Of a stretch of 64,000 nt of DNA, positions 19,341 through 30,210 are shown one piece after another; within the stretch, counting starts at the first letter, position 1, and each line of letters begins with the position of its first letter. The position numbers and the translations under genes were made by a program. The DNA comes from Planctomycetota bacterium. Its GTDB lineage: Bacteria; Planctomycetota; JAJSAM01; JAJVHW01. The stretch is taken from positions 1,472,001-1,536,000 of the forward strand of contig CBDFJG010000003.1 in assembly GCA_965248445.1 (NCBI GenBank). Direction: 5' to 3'. Below the pieces are notes generated by a model. It was given only the letters and a program-made list of their open reading frames with translations, had not been told where the DNA came from and ran no database searches.

Positions 19341-20432
19341 CTACCGCTGTTCGCCGAACAGGTCGTCGAGCGTACGGCGTACGTCGAAGGCGCGCAGTCC
19401 GAGGCCGGTCTCCAGTGCGCCCTCCGCGCCCTCCTGCGGGACGTCGAGGTAGCTGCTCCCGACCACCGTGGTGCGTCGGTCCCCGTGCGCGATGCGGATG
19501 CCGACGGCGTACAGCCCGGCCTCCCGCACTTCGATGGACACCGAGGGCGCTCCGGCAAGAAGCGGCGACATGAACTCGACGCGCCGCCGCCGGCGCGTAC
19601 GTGGCGGCGGACCGTCTGCGGTGCTCGTGCCGGCCACCGCGACCCACCGCAAGGCCACGGCCAGCTCGGCGCCCGCCGGCGCTGCGGGCAGGTCCGTGGG
19701 CAGCGTCACGTCGACGCGCAGCGGGTCCGCAAGCCGCACGGCTTCCGAATCCGCGAGGGCGATGCGCGGAAGGATCACGGACGGCGGCTGCACCATTGCC
19801 TCACGCTCCGCGGGGGGGGCGGCGACGGCCGCCCCAACATCGACAGCGCGTGGCTGGGTGCGTACGACAACGACCTCGAGGAAACGCTCGCCGGGTTCGA
19901 ACGGAACGGGCGGGTCGGCGGTCCACTCCCCCGTCGCGTCCAACTCGAGGCCCGCGTAGCCCTCCAGCTCGCACCGCACGACGAACCCGCCGTACGCGTC
20001 CGTCGTGGTCGACAGGTCCCGCTCGTCGAGGTACTGCACCGCGCCGTGCACGCGTACGACCAGAGGGACGCCGCGAGCGAGGCTCCCGTCATCGCTGATC
20101 GCCCGCCCCGCCACCAGGATCTCCGTCTCCCGGTCCGGCCATGCCTCGGCCGGCGGCGGGTCGAGCTCCGGTGCAGGGATCTCCACCGGCGGCCGGCCCC
20201 TGGTGGAAATCGGGTCGGCGGGTGGAGGCGTCCGCTCGGCGCGTATCGGGAGCGGCGCAGGAGGCGGCGGGGGCGCTGCCCGCGGCAACTCTGCAAGGCC
20301 GAGATCTGGCGGCGGCACGCTCATCGGGAGCTCGCCCGGGAACAGGGCGGGCACGGCCAAGAACAACACCCCAAGGCCGCCCGCAAGGAACGCGAGCACT
20401 ATCGGGGCGAGACGACGCACCTGCTGTGACAC
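19341..20432 (-). CDS. Pro-rich hypothetical protein with an N-terminal membrane anchor
   Basis: Hydrophobic N-terminal helix; fills the gap between two minus-strand genes. Confidence 0.65.
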   Translation of the reverse strand: MSQQVRRLAPIVLAFLAGGLGVLFLAVPALFPGELPMSVPPPDLGLAELPRAAPPPPPAPLPIRAERTPPPADPISTRGRPPVEIPAPELDPPPAEAWPDRETEILVAGRAISDDGSLARGVPLVVRVHGAVQYLDERDLSTTTDAYGGFVVRCELEGYAGLELDATGEWTADPPVPFEPGERFLEVVVVRTQPRAVDVGAAVAAPPAEREAMVQPPSVILPRIALADSEAVRLADPLRVDVTLPTDLPAAPAGAELAVALRWVAVAGTSTADGPPPRTRRRRRVEFMSPLLAGAPSVSIEVREAGLYAVGIRIAHGDRRTTVVGSSYLDVPQEGAEGALETGLGLRAFDVRRTLDDLFGEQR

Positions 20433-20525
20433 GGTAAGCCGTCTATCGGCGTGCGCGGACTCCGATCTCCAGTCCCCCCGCGTTCGGGATGAAGGAGTCT
20501 GGCCGGGGACGCCGCGTGGCGCGCC

Positions 20526-22110
20526 TTATCTGTCTAGTGGAGTTGACAGTCGGCCGTCGGAGCCGATCTCGCGGTAGGTGCCCTTGTTCTCGCGCGCCAG
20601 GGCCTTCATGAAACGGACGAGCGTGCCGCCGCCCACGCGCGGATCGATCGCGATCGTGTGGATCTGGATGCGCTTGAGCTGATTCCAGTCGCGCACCTGC
20701 GACAGGATCTTATTGGGCTCCATCGGCAGCGCCTTGTCGACGGAGTCGGTCGTCGGCGCGCCGTCGGAGAGCACGAACACCGTGTCCACACCCGGGTCGT
20801 AGTGCTTGTCCTTGATGCCGCGCCCGGCCATCTGGAACGTCTTGTCGAGCGCGCCGTACGTGAACGTCGCACCCTTCGGTTCGATGTCGTTCACCTCGAG
20901 GTAGACCTTGTTCTTGTTGCTCTGCGTGGCCTGCATGGCCGTCGGGCTGAGCGCCTTCACCTCGTGGTTGAACGTGATGACGTTGAAGAACGCCTCTTCC
21001 GGCAGGTTGCGCACGGCTTGCTTGAGGACCCGCTTGGCGATGTCGATCTTCATGCCGTTGAAGAAGTCCTCTTCGCCGCCCGTGACTTCGCCCTGGCTGC
21101 CGATGACCTCGTTCATGGAGCCGGAGATGTCGAGCAGGAAGACGATGCGCAGGCTGCGCGTCTCGATGCCGTAGTAGTCCACCGGCTCGATCTTGTTCTT
21201 CGGTTTGCGGACGCCGACGGCCTTGGCGCCCCGCGCCGAGAGTTCCTTCTTGTGCTCGTCGTACCACGACTTCCACGCCCCGGGGAACGGCCCGATATCC
21301 GCGGTCGTGAGCTTGCGGAGGGCCTCGGCCATCACTTCGATCAGGCGACCCTCTTCGAGAGTCATCGCCTGGACGAGCGGTCCGATCGCGTTCACGGTCC
21401 CGACCTCACCGAGCAGCAGCGTCGCGGCCTGCCGGTGCGGCCACCCGGTCTCCTTGAGCGCCTTGATGGCGAGCGGCTCGGTGACGGGGTCCTTGCGTTC
21501 GCGCAGCGCCTCGAGCACTGAGAGCCGCACGGTCGCGTCGGTGTCCTTGAGTCCCTTGCCGCCGACGGTGAGCGGCGGAACGAGTGCGTTCCGCAACAGC
21601 CCGGCGTAGAGAACCCGCCGTTCATGGGCGGTGCTCCCTGCGCGCGCGGCCTTCGTGAGCGTCGAGACGGCCTCTTGGTTCGTGAACTTCGTGACGCCCG
21701 TCCCGAACGCCAGCAGAACGACACCGTCCGCCGCGATCTCCTCGTCCAGTTGGTCAAGTTGACCGCGCAACCGCTTCTTGATCTCCCACGCCTTCGGGTC
21801 CTTGAACGTGTACCCGGTGTACGGCTCGTACGCCTCGCGGGTCTGCTCGCGCTCCTCCTCGAAACCCGCGAGACGCTCGGCCAGTCGCGCGAGCGCGTCG
21901 ACGGCCACGAGGGCGGCGCCGGGCGAGTTGAGCTCGCACACGCCGTGGATGGCCTTGCCGCGCTGCGCCATCAATCCGCGCTTCAGGATGATGGAGGTCC
22001 AACGCGACGCGACGCTGCTCGAGTTGCTCGTCGGCGCGTGACGTCCCGGCCGTCGCCAGCAACGCCAGTATGGCGAGGGAGACGATCAGTCGGCGCGGCG
22101 GTCTCTGCAT
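20526..22110 (-). CDS. Secreted HEAT-repeat plus von Willebrand A domain protein; one +1 frameshift near 22001 separates the signal peptide
   Basis: MIDAS motifs DISGSM, T and LSDG. Signal peptide MQRPPRRLIVSLAILALLATAGTSRA from ATG 22110 is in the adjacent frame. Confidence 0.82.
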
Positions 22111-22151
22111 CGGGGGAGGATACTCCCGGACGGCCGACCGGTGCTCTTCAG

Positions 22152-22458
22152 CGCCGCCATGAGCCAGGTTAACTTCGCCCGGCCCTGCCGGCCGGTCGTG
22201 GGAAGGGCTGAGTAGGAGCAGCACGAGTACCCCGAACACCGGGGAGCGCGACTTATGGCGGGTCGCCGCCCCGCACTGCTCCAGCCCTTCGGTCGCATCG
22301 GCCGTGCCACGGCCCGCAGCCCCCGATCCAAGCCTGGCTCAGCCTCGAATCCGGGATACTGGACACACACCAGTCTCTGTCCGAGGACGGATCGTGTCCC
22401 CGCTCAGATCCAGGAAACGGAGTCCTGACCGAGTGGTGGGCGCGAGATCGAGGCGGCG
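22152..22458 (+). ncRNA. Candidate structured non-coding RNA of unknown family
   Basis: About ten nested stems in a 426 bp intergenic gap. G-U pairs favour the + strand. Confidence 0.45.
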
Positions 22459-22536
22459 AGCCGAAGTCGGCCCCGAGCGGGCCGTTCGAGGCGCGCCAAC
22501 GCAGAGATCGCGTTCACCGCGAAGCGTCAGGGGCTG

Positions 22537-23475
22537 CTATGGATTCCAAGGGAGGTTGTCGAGTAGGTCGTCGCCGTCCTCGCCGCCGCCGTGGGGACCT
22601 CCGTCCGCGACCGATCCCTCCTGCCGTGCGCGGATGCGCCACGCGCCCGCGAGGTGGAAGAGCCGGCACGCCTCGCGCAGCGCGACGAGGACCTGCACGA
22701 GGATCAGGACGAAGATGCTCGTGACGATGTACCCGCCATCCGCCGCGGCGAGAACGTAGCCGAAGCCCCAGATCACGGACGCCTCGAACGCGAATGCGAG
22801 CGCAGAGAACCCGAGCGTCTCGAGCGGGTGTTGCAGCACGAAGATCATCGAGCGGAACATCTCGACGAGCACGCCCGGGCGGCGATGCATCCGGACACCG
22901 ACGCGCGCGTAGTCGAGGACGGTGCCCATGATCCAGAACGCACCGAACACGACGATCTCGGTGATCCGCCGGTAGCGCTCGGCCGGCCCCTCGGTCTCGA
23001 AGTTCGCCGCCTGGTCGTCGATGTACTCGAGCAGCGGACCGGCAGCGACCGAGAGCAGATAGGCGCAGAACATCGCCAGCAACGAGAGACGCAGGAACTT
23101 CCAGTAGACGCCCCCGCCCTCGCGCACGAACTCGTCGAAGCGCACACGCTCTCCGCCTCGCGCGGCGATCCCGACATAACCGCCCATGAACAGCGGGCGT
23201 GCGACCAGAAACAGCAGCAGCGAGCCGACGATGAGCACCGTGAGCGTCTCGTCGAACCCGGCCTGCGCGCGCACCTCGGCCATGAAGTCGAGGTCCAGTT
23301 CCTTCGCGAGTTGCGTGGCGTCGGTGCGGTGCCTGGCGGCGACGTGCATGCTCATGCCGACGTACAGCGCGGCTGGCAGACAGACCAGCATGTCCACGAG
23401 CGAGACGACCACCAGCAAGCGCTTCGAACGGCGTATCGCGGTCCACGCCGACTTCACCGCCCGCGTGCCTGCCAT
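22537..23475 (-). CDS. Multi-pass membrane protein translationally coupled to the M1 peptidase
   Basis: About six hydrophobic helices; TGATG overlap at 23475. Confidence 0.8.
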   Translation of the reverse strand: MAGTRAVKSAWTAIRRSKRLLVVVSLVDMLVCLPAALYVGMSMHVAARHRTDATQLAKELDLDFMAEVRAQAGFDETLTVLIVGSLLLFLVARPLFMGGYVGIAARGGERVRFDEFVREGGGVYWKFLRLSLLAMFCAYLLSVAAGPLLEYIDDQAANFETEGPAERYRRITEIVVFGAFWIMGTVLDYARVGVRMHRRPGVLVEMFRSMIFVLQHPLETLGFSALAFAFEASVIWGFGYVLAAADGGYIVTSIFVLILVQVLVALREACRLFHLAGAWRIRARQEGSVADGGPHGGGEDGDDLLDNLPWNP

Positions 23476-25784
23476 CAGAAGAACCGCCCGTAGGACAGCG
23501 CCGCGTTCTCGAGCCAGTTGAGGAAGCGAACACCCCACTTCACACCGGGACGGGCGTTCTCCTCCTTGGTGCGCGAGTCGTTGTGACGGTTCACGTCCTG
23601 GGGGTACTCGCGGAACGGGTGGAGCTGCGCGGACACGACCTTCCCCGGCACGAGGACCCGATGCCAGCGCTCGCGTCCGTCCCACGAGTGTTCGCTCGCG
23701 GTGCGTTTCCCGTCTTCGTCTTCCACCATCACGCGCAGCCGTACCGGTAGGACCACCTCACCGACCCGTCGGACCATCACTTCGGTCTCGACGGGCGGCT
23801 TCTCGGCGTTCTTCTCGCCGTCGTTCTCGTCAACCGGCGAGACCTCGATGATCCCGCCGTCGCGCTCGACGCGTCCGACGAGGTTCGGAGGCTTGACACG
23901 CTTGATGCTCTCGACGGCGTAGTCCATCACTCCCGACGAGTCCATCAGCGCCGCGACGAGCGGTGCCATGTCGAGGCCCGTCGCCTGGCCAAACGTCTCG
24001 ATGAAGTCAGCGCCGGTCGGGTGCCGAAACCGATGGACGCGCGCGTACTCGCGCATTCCGACGACGAACCTGCGTTCACCCTCTTCGCGGCCGTGCTCCG
24101 CGTGGAGCGTGCGGCGCAGAGTCGCGATGAAGAGTGCGGGTCGCGAGTAGGCGTTCACGCCGTACGAGCGACGGTCCACGTACATCCAGGAGGGCTTCGA
24201 GAGTTCGTCCCACCCGGCGCGCCTCAGATATCTGCGCCGTCGCACGATCAGGGGATCACTGATCCAGCGCCGCGCCGGGAGTTGCGTGAGGCGCGGCAGG
24301 TCGCGCCACTCCTCGAACGTCTCCATGCGCGGTGGACGCGCCCACTCCGGGAGACCGATCTTCTCGGGCCAGGCGGCCGACATGCCGTCGAAGTCGATCA
24401 TCCGCGCGAGCTTGAGTTCCCTCCCGAACGAGCGGTGCACCTCCCAAGCCGGTCCGTATCCGGCGTGCAGCGCGCGCGCGGTGAAGTACGTGTTCAGGCC
24501 CTCGTCGAGCCATGCCTCCTCGGCCTCGTTCGACGCGAGTAGGTTCATGAACCACTGATGCCCCGCCTCGTGCACGGTGACGCCCTCGGGTCGCAGCGAC
24601 TCGGGCAGCCGTCCGATGCGCGTCCCGGCGGTGAAGAGCATCGGGTACTCCATGCCGCCCGCGGCGCCGCCGCCGTGCGGCGGATCCAGGACCGTCAGGC
24701 GCGAGTACGGATACGGACCGAGCCACAGTCCGTAGAGCCCGAGTGCCACGCGCACGGCCTCGAAGTGCCGGTCGGTCTGCGCGACGTGCTCCGGTTGGAT
24801 CAGAAGCGTCACCTCGACCGGAGGCAAATCGAGCGTCTCCGCTTCCACGCCGAGAAGCTTGGCGATGCGACGCTGTTCGACGTTGATCGGGTCGTTCGAC
24901 GTCGTGCGTCCGCGCGACGGTTCTTCGGGGTCGACGGTGCGCGTGACCACGCTGAAATGACGCGACGCAGTCCACGCGAAGTCCACGACGCTCTCTGCCT
25001 TCCACGTCTCGACGCGGATGCCATCCTCCGACCCCTCCTCGGATGCGGCGAGCGTGCCGGTCGCGCCCGTGACCAGGTCGTCGGAGACGGAGAGCCGCAC
25101 TTCGTAGTCCGCGAAGTCCGCGTAGAACTCGGTGTTCCGGTGGAACTGGTGGCAGTACCAGCCCTCCTGATTCCGGGGCACGTCCGTACCGACGTAGCGA
25201 CCGAGCTTCGGGAACCACTGGGCTGCCATCACGAAGTCGCGATGCCGGCCCATGCGCGCGATGATCGTCGGAAGAGACGTCGTGAACTTGATACGCAGGC
25301 CGAGCGTGCCACCGGCCGGGACGGCCTCCGGGAGTGCGACGCGCACGACGGTGCGATCGTCCGGATTCCCGTCGTCCGGCTGCACGAACTCCGGAGTGAG
25401 GGTCTGCCCGGAGGCGAGGGCGAACTCCTGCAGCTCGATCCCGCCCCACTCCATGTCGTCGGGCACGGTCCAGCCGGTCAGCGCAGCCTCGCGCAGGAAG
25501 GACGAGCGCGTGTTGCTGAATGCGTTCGCGTAGAGGTGCAGATAGACCGAGCTGACCGCGTCCTGCGACGTGTTCCGCCACTCGACGCGCTGCGTGCCGA
25601 CGATGCGGAGGCGGTCGCGCTTGCCGGGTGCCTTGCGCAGTCGCGCGTCGATCTCGTAACGAACCACGGAGTCGCCCGACGATCGCCACTCCTCCTGCGC
25701 TCCGGCCGGGCCGGGGAGTGACGATCCCACCGCCGCGGCCGTGAGCGTCAGGATCGAGAGGACGCGGAACGTCTGTCGTCGCAC
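23475..25784 (-). CDS. Secreted M1 family aminopeptidase
   Basis: GGMEYP, HEAGHQWF and AWLDEG motifs; signal peptide after GTG 25784. Confidence 0.92.
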   Translation of the reverse strand: MRRQTFRVLSILTLTAAAVGSSLPGPAGAQEEWRSSGDSVVRYEIDARLRKAPGKRDRLRIVGTQRVEWRNTSQDAVSSVYLHLYANAFSNTRSSFLREAALTGWTVPDDMEWGGIELQEFALASGQTLTPEFVQPDDGNPDDRTVVRVALPEAVPAGGTLGLRIKFTTSLPTIIARMGRHRDFVMAAQWFPKLGRYVGTDVPRNQEGWYCHQFHRNTEFYADFADYEVRLSVSDDLVTGATGTLAASEEGSEDGIRVETWKAESVVDFAWTASRHFSVVTRTVDPEEPSRGRTTSNDPINVEQRRIAKLLGVEAETLDLPPVEVTLLIQPEHVAQTDRHFEAVRVALGLYGLWLGPYPYSRLTVLDPPHGGGAAGGMEYPMLFTAGTRIGRLPESLRPEGVTVHEAGHQWFMNLLASNEAEEAWLDEGLNTYFTARALHAGYGPAWEVHRSFGRELKLARMIDFDGMSAAWPEKIGLPEWARPPRMETFEEWRDLPRLTQLPARRWISDPLIVRRRRYLRRAGWDELSKPSWMYVDRRSYGVNAYSRPALFIATLRRTLHAEHGREEGERRFVVGMREYARVHRFRHPTGADFIETFGQATGLDMAPLVAALMDSSGVMDYAVESIKRVKPPNLVGRVERDGGIIEVSPVDENDGEKNAEKPPVETEVMVRRVGEVVLPVRLRVMVEDEDGKRTASEHSWDGRERWHRVLVPGKVVSAQLHPFREYPQDVNRHNDSRTKEENARPGVKWGVRFLNWLENAALSYGRFF

Positions 25785-25816
25785 GGAGAGAGTGTAGAAG
25801 CCGGTCGGCGCGGACC

Positions 25817-27997
25817 TCACTCCGCTTCCGGTACTGCGGGAGCGCGGCCCCGGTAGTGGAGGACCCCCGTCAGGATCAACCCCAGCAGCGTCGCGAGCGC
25901 TCCCACGAGCACGCTTCGCGGCCGGTAGTTGAACTTGACCGTCGAACGGCCCACTGGAATGGGCACCGCTCGGAACGCGACGTTGGCGCGTGAGATCGCG
26001 ACGGGCTGATCGTTGACCGAGCAATTCCAGCCCGGGTACCACTTCTCGCTGACGAAGAGCCAGCCGGCGGTCGGCACCTCGAGCTCACAGATCAGTTCCG
26101 TGCCGATCCCGCGCGTGCGCACCTCGACGTCCTTGCCGCGCGAGGCCGAGCCGCCCACCTCCGGTGTGGCGAGGAACAACGCCTCGTCACCGCGCGCGAG
26201 TATCTGCAGCACTTCCTCGTCCGGGACACCCGACTTCGCGCTGCGGAAGAACCGCCCGCGGCCGATGGCAGGAATCCCTTGGCGGAAGACGTCCACCCGC
26301 TGCGCGAGTCCGAGCGGCGGACCGCGACCGTGCATGTGGCGGCGAATCTCGGTCCCGACGTCCAACCACTTGGCGCCCGCCGGGCCGAGCTGCTCCAGAA
26401 GCGCTCCCATGTAGCGCGTGTCCACGTGGGCAGGGCGACGGAAGCCACGGAAACCGTCGAGCTCGACGTACGGCACTCGCAGGTCCGTCATGAGCACGCG
26501 GTTGTCGGCGAGGTCTACGGGAATGCGGTCGCGCCACGAGGTCTCGAAGAACGTCGTCCTCACTGGTTCGATGGGCGGCAGCCCGGCCATCCACACGCCG
26601 AGGAGCGCAGCGATGGCGACAACCGGCGCGAGCATTGGACGCCTGCGGACCAGCAACACCGCCGCCAGCACCAGGACTGCGCCGAGCAACGAGAGCAGCA
26701 GCGCCGGCATGACGACGCTCCAGAACGCATCGGTAAGCGTCATCTGAGCGCCGTCGATGGCTCGCGGCCACACCAGATTCGAGAGAGCTGATTTGACGAC
26801 GATTCCGCCCGTCAAGAGCGCCGCGAGCGTCACACCGCCCGCGACGGCGATGCGCTTCCACGGCGTAGCGCGCGCCGTCAAGAGATCGGACACCCCGTGG
26901 CCGGCCAGCATCGCTCCCGCCAGAACGGTGAGCACCTGCGATCTCGCGGCGACGCGCCCCCAACCGATGAGCGGCAACTCGTGGAGCCAGCCGATCGCGG
27001 GAACGCGCACGCCGACCGCGAGCACCAAACCGAGGAGTGCCGCCAGGGCCAGCAGTACCCGGCGGCGGTCGCGTGTGACCGCGATCAGCACCAGCAGGAG
27101 CACCGCCGCACCACCCAGTCCCGAGTGCTCGTTGTCGAACGCCTCGTCGCCCAGATAGCTGCCCGGGCGGAAACCGAGCATCCCGGGCGCCACCTTGCTG
27201 AAGAGCGCGTACATGGGGGCCGACCACAGCTCGAGGAAGCTCTGCTTCGTCTCCGGCCGCTCGGCGATGAGTGCGAACTCGATCGTCGGCAGCGACTGCA
27301 CTGCCGTGATGAGGATGATGAGGAGCGAGGCCAGGCCCAGCCGCGACATGGCGGCCCGTCGGGCCTCCACCGTGCTCACCTCGACGAGCGCGTACGCGAC
27401 GGCCAGCGGCGCGAGGAAGAACCAGATCTGGATGTGTCCGGCCAGCAGGCCCAGCGCACCAACCAGCGCGAGCAGAGAGACTCCGTGTCGTCTGTCATGC
27501 ACGGCGCCGTGCAGCGCCCAGAGCACCCACGGAGCCCACGTGAGCGCCCATAACTGGTTGACGTGACCGGTAGCCGCCTTGCCGATCGTGTACTCGCAGA
27601 CGGCAAACACGACTCCCGCCGTCAGCGCTCCGGCACGGTGTACGCCGCGGGCCCGCATCAGCGCATGGATGCCCGCAGCACCGAATGCCAGGTGCAGGAT
27701 CGCGCCCCACGAGTAGGCCGACTCGAGCGGGAGGAGCGCCCAGAACAACGACGTCGTCGAGAACGAGCCGTACATCCAGAGCGCATGGATCGGGTAGCCG
27801 GCACCGAACTGCTCCATCCAGAGAGGTGAGTTGCCGCTGAGGAGCCGCTCTCCGTACGCGCTGCAGATGACGGACAGGTGGTACGTGTCCATCATCTCGG
27901 TGTAGTCCGCCGGCAGGTGTCCGGGGAACGCAGCGCGCCCGAACAACAGCACGAGCACGACCACGACGCCGACGAACAGCGCGATCCGTTCCTTCAT
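25817..27997 (-). CDS. YfhO family membrane protein (GT-C glycosyltransferase-like)
   Basis: PLW..GAGYP, many TM helices and C-terminal SEKWYPGW..FRAVPIPVG..Y.P. Alternative start at 28015. Confidence 0.85.
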   Translation of the reverse strand: MKERIALFVGVVVVLVLLFGRAAFPGHLPADYTEMMDTYHLSVICSAYGERLLSGNSPLWMEQFGAGYPIHALWMYGSFSTTSLFWALLPLESAYSWGAILHLAFGAAGIHALMRARGVHRAGALTAGVVFAVCEYTIGKAATGHVNQLWALTWAPWVLWALHGAVHDRRHGVSLLALVGALGLLAGHIQIWFFLAPLAVAYALVEVSTVEARRAAMSRLGLASLLIILITAVQSLPTIEFALIAERPETKQSFLELWSAPMYALFSKVAPGMLGFRPGSYLGDEAFDNEHSGLGGAAVLLLVLIAVTRDRRRVLLALAALLGLVLAVGVRVPAIGWLHELPLIGWGRVAARSQVLTVLAGAMLAGHGVSDLLTARATPWKRIAVAGGVTLAALLTGGIVVKSALSNLVWPRAIDGAQMTLTDAFWSVVMPALLLSLLGAVLVLAAVLLVRRRPMLAPVVAIAALLGVWMAGLPPIEPVRTTFFETSWRDRIPVDLADNRVLMTDLRVPYVELDGFRGFRRPAHVDTRYMGALLEQLGPAGAKWLDVGTEIRRHMHGRGPPLGLAQRVDVFRQGIPAIGRGRFFRSAKSGVPDEEVLQILARGDEALFLATPEVGGSASRGKDVEVRTRGIGTELICELEVPTAGWLFVSEKWYPGWNCSVNDQPVAISRANVAFRAVPIPVGRSTVKFNYRPRSVLVGALATLLGLILTGVLHYRGRAPAVPEAE

Positions 27998-28022
27998 CCG
28001 ACCTGCATCTGGCATCTGGCCT

Positions 28023-30185
28023 TCATCTGGGTGTGGTTCTCATTTGCATCCGGGAGCGGAACCCTACGAAGAGCAGGCCGAGCAGTCCCGCTAGAGTCGT
28101 CCACGCGCCGGCGAGCAGGCCGGGAGCACGGTAGCTCATCGTGATCACGTGCGGTCCCGCGGGGACCCGGATCGCTGCGAATGCCATCTGGGCCGCGTGG
28201 ATCTCGACCGCCTCGCCGTCGAGCGCTGCTGTCCACCCCGGACTCCACTTGTCCGAGGTGACGACGAGGGCGGCCGCCGGCGCCTCCACGACGAAGCGCC
28301 GCTGGTTCGGCGACCCGGCCTCCTCGCGCGAGACCCTGCCTCTCGCCGGAACGGCGAGCGGGGGATGACGCCGCAACTCCCCGCCCGTGCGGACGTACGC
28401 GGAGCGATCGCCGTCTGCGAGCCTGTCGGCGACCTCCGAGTCGGTCAGGTCGGCCGCCTGCCCGGCGTCGGCGAAGAGCGCGCCGTCCCCGATCGCACCG
28501 AGCCGCTTCAGCAGCAGCAGGTCCGCGGGTCCGGCACCCTCGGGGACGTCGAACACGACGCTCTCCCAACCGCGGTGCGCTGCGACGCCGACGTCCAGCC
28601 AGTAACCGACGCCGGGTCCTCCCCGGCTGTGCGCGAGCGCGCGGTATCCGGCGACGTCCACGTGCGAGAGCTCGCGTGTGGAGCGCATGCCCCGGCGTTC
28701 GATCGGAGGGAACATGTTGCCGTCCAGGTGGATCCGGTGCGAGCGGAGGTCCTCGGGCACCGCGTCCTCCCAGGCCATCCGGTAGACCCGCGACGAGACG
28801 CTGTGGACCGGCGGAAGCGCAACCACGAACGCCGCCGCTGCGAGCACCGCGGCCGGGATGAGCCCGCGCCGTGGCCTGTCCGCGGAGAACACGAATACGC
28901 CCGCGACTGCCGCGGTGGTGAGGATCGCAACGAGCACCGCCGGCCGCACCTGTGCTGGGCCGACGCCCTCGACGCGCCCGGCGATGACAGCCGACGCGAC
29001 GATCAGCGCGCACACGACCACGGCACCGATGACAAGACGCATGCCGTCGCGGCGGGCCATCCACTGATCGATCCCGAGTCCGACGACGACGGGTCCACAG
29101 AGCACGATCAGGATCTGCGCCCGGGCCGGAGCGCGCGCTGTCTCGAATCCCGGCAGCTCGTGAAACAGACGCCCCACGACGTTGCCGTCGCCACCCGAGA
29201 TGAACGCCGCGACGACGACGATCGTGATCCACGGCACCGCCGACCGGAGCCGCGCGGCGAAGATCGCGGGGATCAGCAGCCACACACCCGACATCCCGAT
29301 CATCTCGTGATAGAGGTCTTCGCCGGCGCCGTAGTCGCCCCACGGGAACGTGTTCCCGAAGCGGCCGAGCACGCCGGGGACAAAGCGCTCGGCGCCCGCG
29401 TGCAGAGACAGCGACCCCTGCTGGCGCAGATCCAGGTCCGTGACACCGCCGTCGGAGACAGACAGGAGTAGCACCGACGGAATCCACTGGATCGCCGTCA
29501 GCGCCAAGACGATCAGCGCCGCGCAGCCCACGCGCAGCATGGCCGGCACGCACTCAGCGCGCGTCGTGCTGAACACCGCGACCACGGCAGCCCCCACCGA
29601 GAAGTAGAACCAGACCTGCACGTGCCCCGACAGCAGGCCGAGCGCGCCGGTGAGACAGAGCAGCGGGAGCGCGCGAGCGCGCCCCTGCACCGTCCCGATC
29701 AGGAAGTGCAGAACCCACGGGGCCCACGTGGCGGGAAGGGTGATGTTCAGGTGCCCCACGACCGATCGGACGACGACGAACTCAGCCAGCCCGAACAGGA
29801 GCCCGGCCGCCACTGCGCCAGAGTTCTTGCAGCCGGCCGTTCGGGCGAGCGCCACCATTCCCGCGGCGCCGAACGCAGTGTGCAGGATCGCCGTCCACGC
29901 CCACGCGGTCTCCGGCGAGAACACGAGGTACAGCGCCAGACCCGGATAGAGCAGTCCGTACATCCACGACGCGAACGCCGGATATCCGCAGGCGAACTCG
30001 GGCATCCACCACGCGATCTCGCCACCGCGCATGTGGTCGGCGAACAGCTCGTACAGGATCGAGAGGTGGACGACGTCCTCGCTCGCACCGCCGTCGGTCA
30101 GGAAGTGACCGCCGAACGCCGCCGGCCCGTAGAGCCAGAGCATGAGGAGTCCAACGGTGGCAGCGACAGCGATCCGGGCGCGCAC
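28023..30185 (-). CDS. YfhO family membrane protein, tandem paralogue
   Basis: WWMPEFACGYP, TM helices and SDKWSPGW..VPAGPH. Confidence 0.85.
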   Translation of the reverse strand: MRARIAVAATVGLLMLWLYGPAAFGGHFLTDGGASEDVVHLSILYELFADHMRGGEIAWWMPEFACGYPAFASWMYGLLYPGLALYLVFSPETAWAWTAILHTAFGAAGMVALARTAGCKNSGAVAAGLLFGLAEFVVVRSVVGHLNITLPATWAPWVLHFLIGTVQGRARALPLLCLTGALGLLSGHVQVWFYFSVGAAVVAVFSTTRAECVPAMLRVGCAALIVLALTAIQWIPSVLLLSVSDGGVTDLDLRQQGSLSLHAGAERFVPGVLGRFGNTFPWGDYGAGEDLYHEMIGMSGVWLLIPAIFAARLRSAVPWITIVVVAAFISGGDGNVVGRLFHELPGFETARAPARAQILIVLCGPVVVGLGIDQWMARRDGMRLVIGAVVVCALIVASAVIAGRVEGVGPAQVRPAVLVAILTTAAVAGVFVFSADRPRRGLIPAAVLAAAAFVVALPPVHSVSSRVYRMAWEDAVPEDLRSHRIHLDGNMFPPIERRGMRSTRELSHVDVAGYRALAHSRGGPGVGYWLDVGVAAHRGWESVVFDVPEGAGPADLLLLKRLGAIGDGALFADAGQAADLTDSEVADRLADGDRSAYVRTGGELRRHPPLAVPARGRVSREEAGSPNQRRFVVEAPAAALVVTSDKWSPGWTAALDGEAVEIHAAQMAFAAIRVPAGPHVITMSYRAPGLLAGAWTTLAGLLGLLFVGFRSRMQMRTTPR

Positions 30186-30210
30186 CGAGGGAGGGTATAC
30201 GGTGTTCCCG
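30186..30210. promoter_or_regulatory. Putative bidirectional leaderless promoter
   Basis: Back-to-back TACCCT (minus, 30192-30197) and TACGGT (plus, 30198-30203), 6 and 7 nt from the divergent start codons. Confidence 0.55.

Noticed and set aside
22161..22312. Cobalamin riboswitch-like words (gagccagg, gggaagg, gccccgcactg)
   Set aside because: The motifs are in the wrong order and on the strand opposite the flanking genes.
22400..22436. SRP-like hairpin
   Set aside because: Lacks the CAGG..GGAA..AGCA helix 8 consensus.
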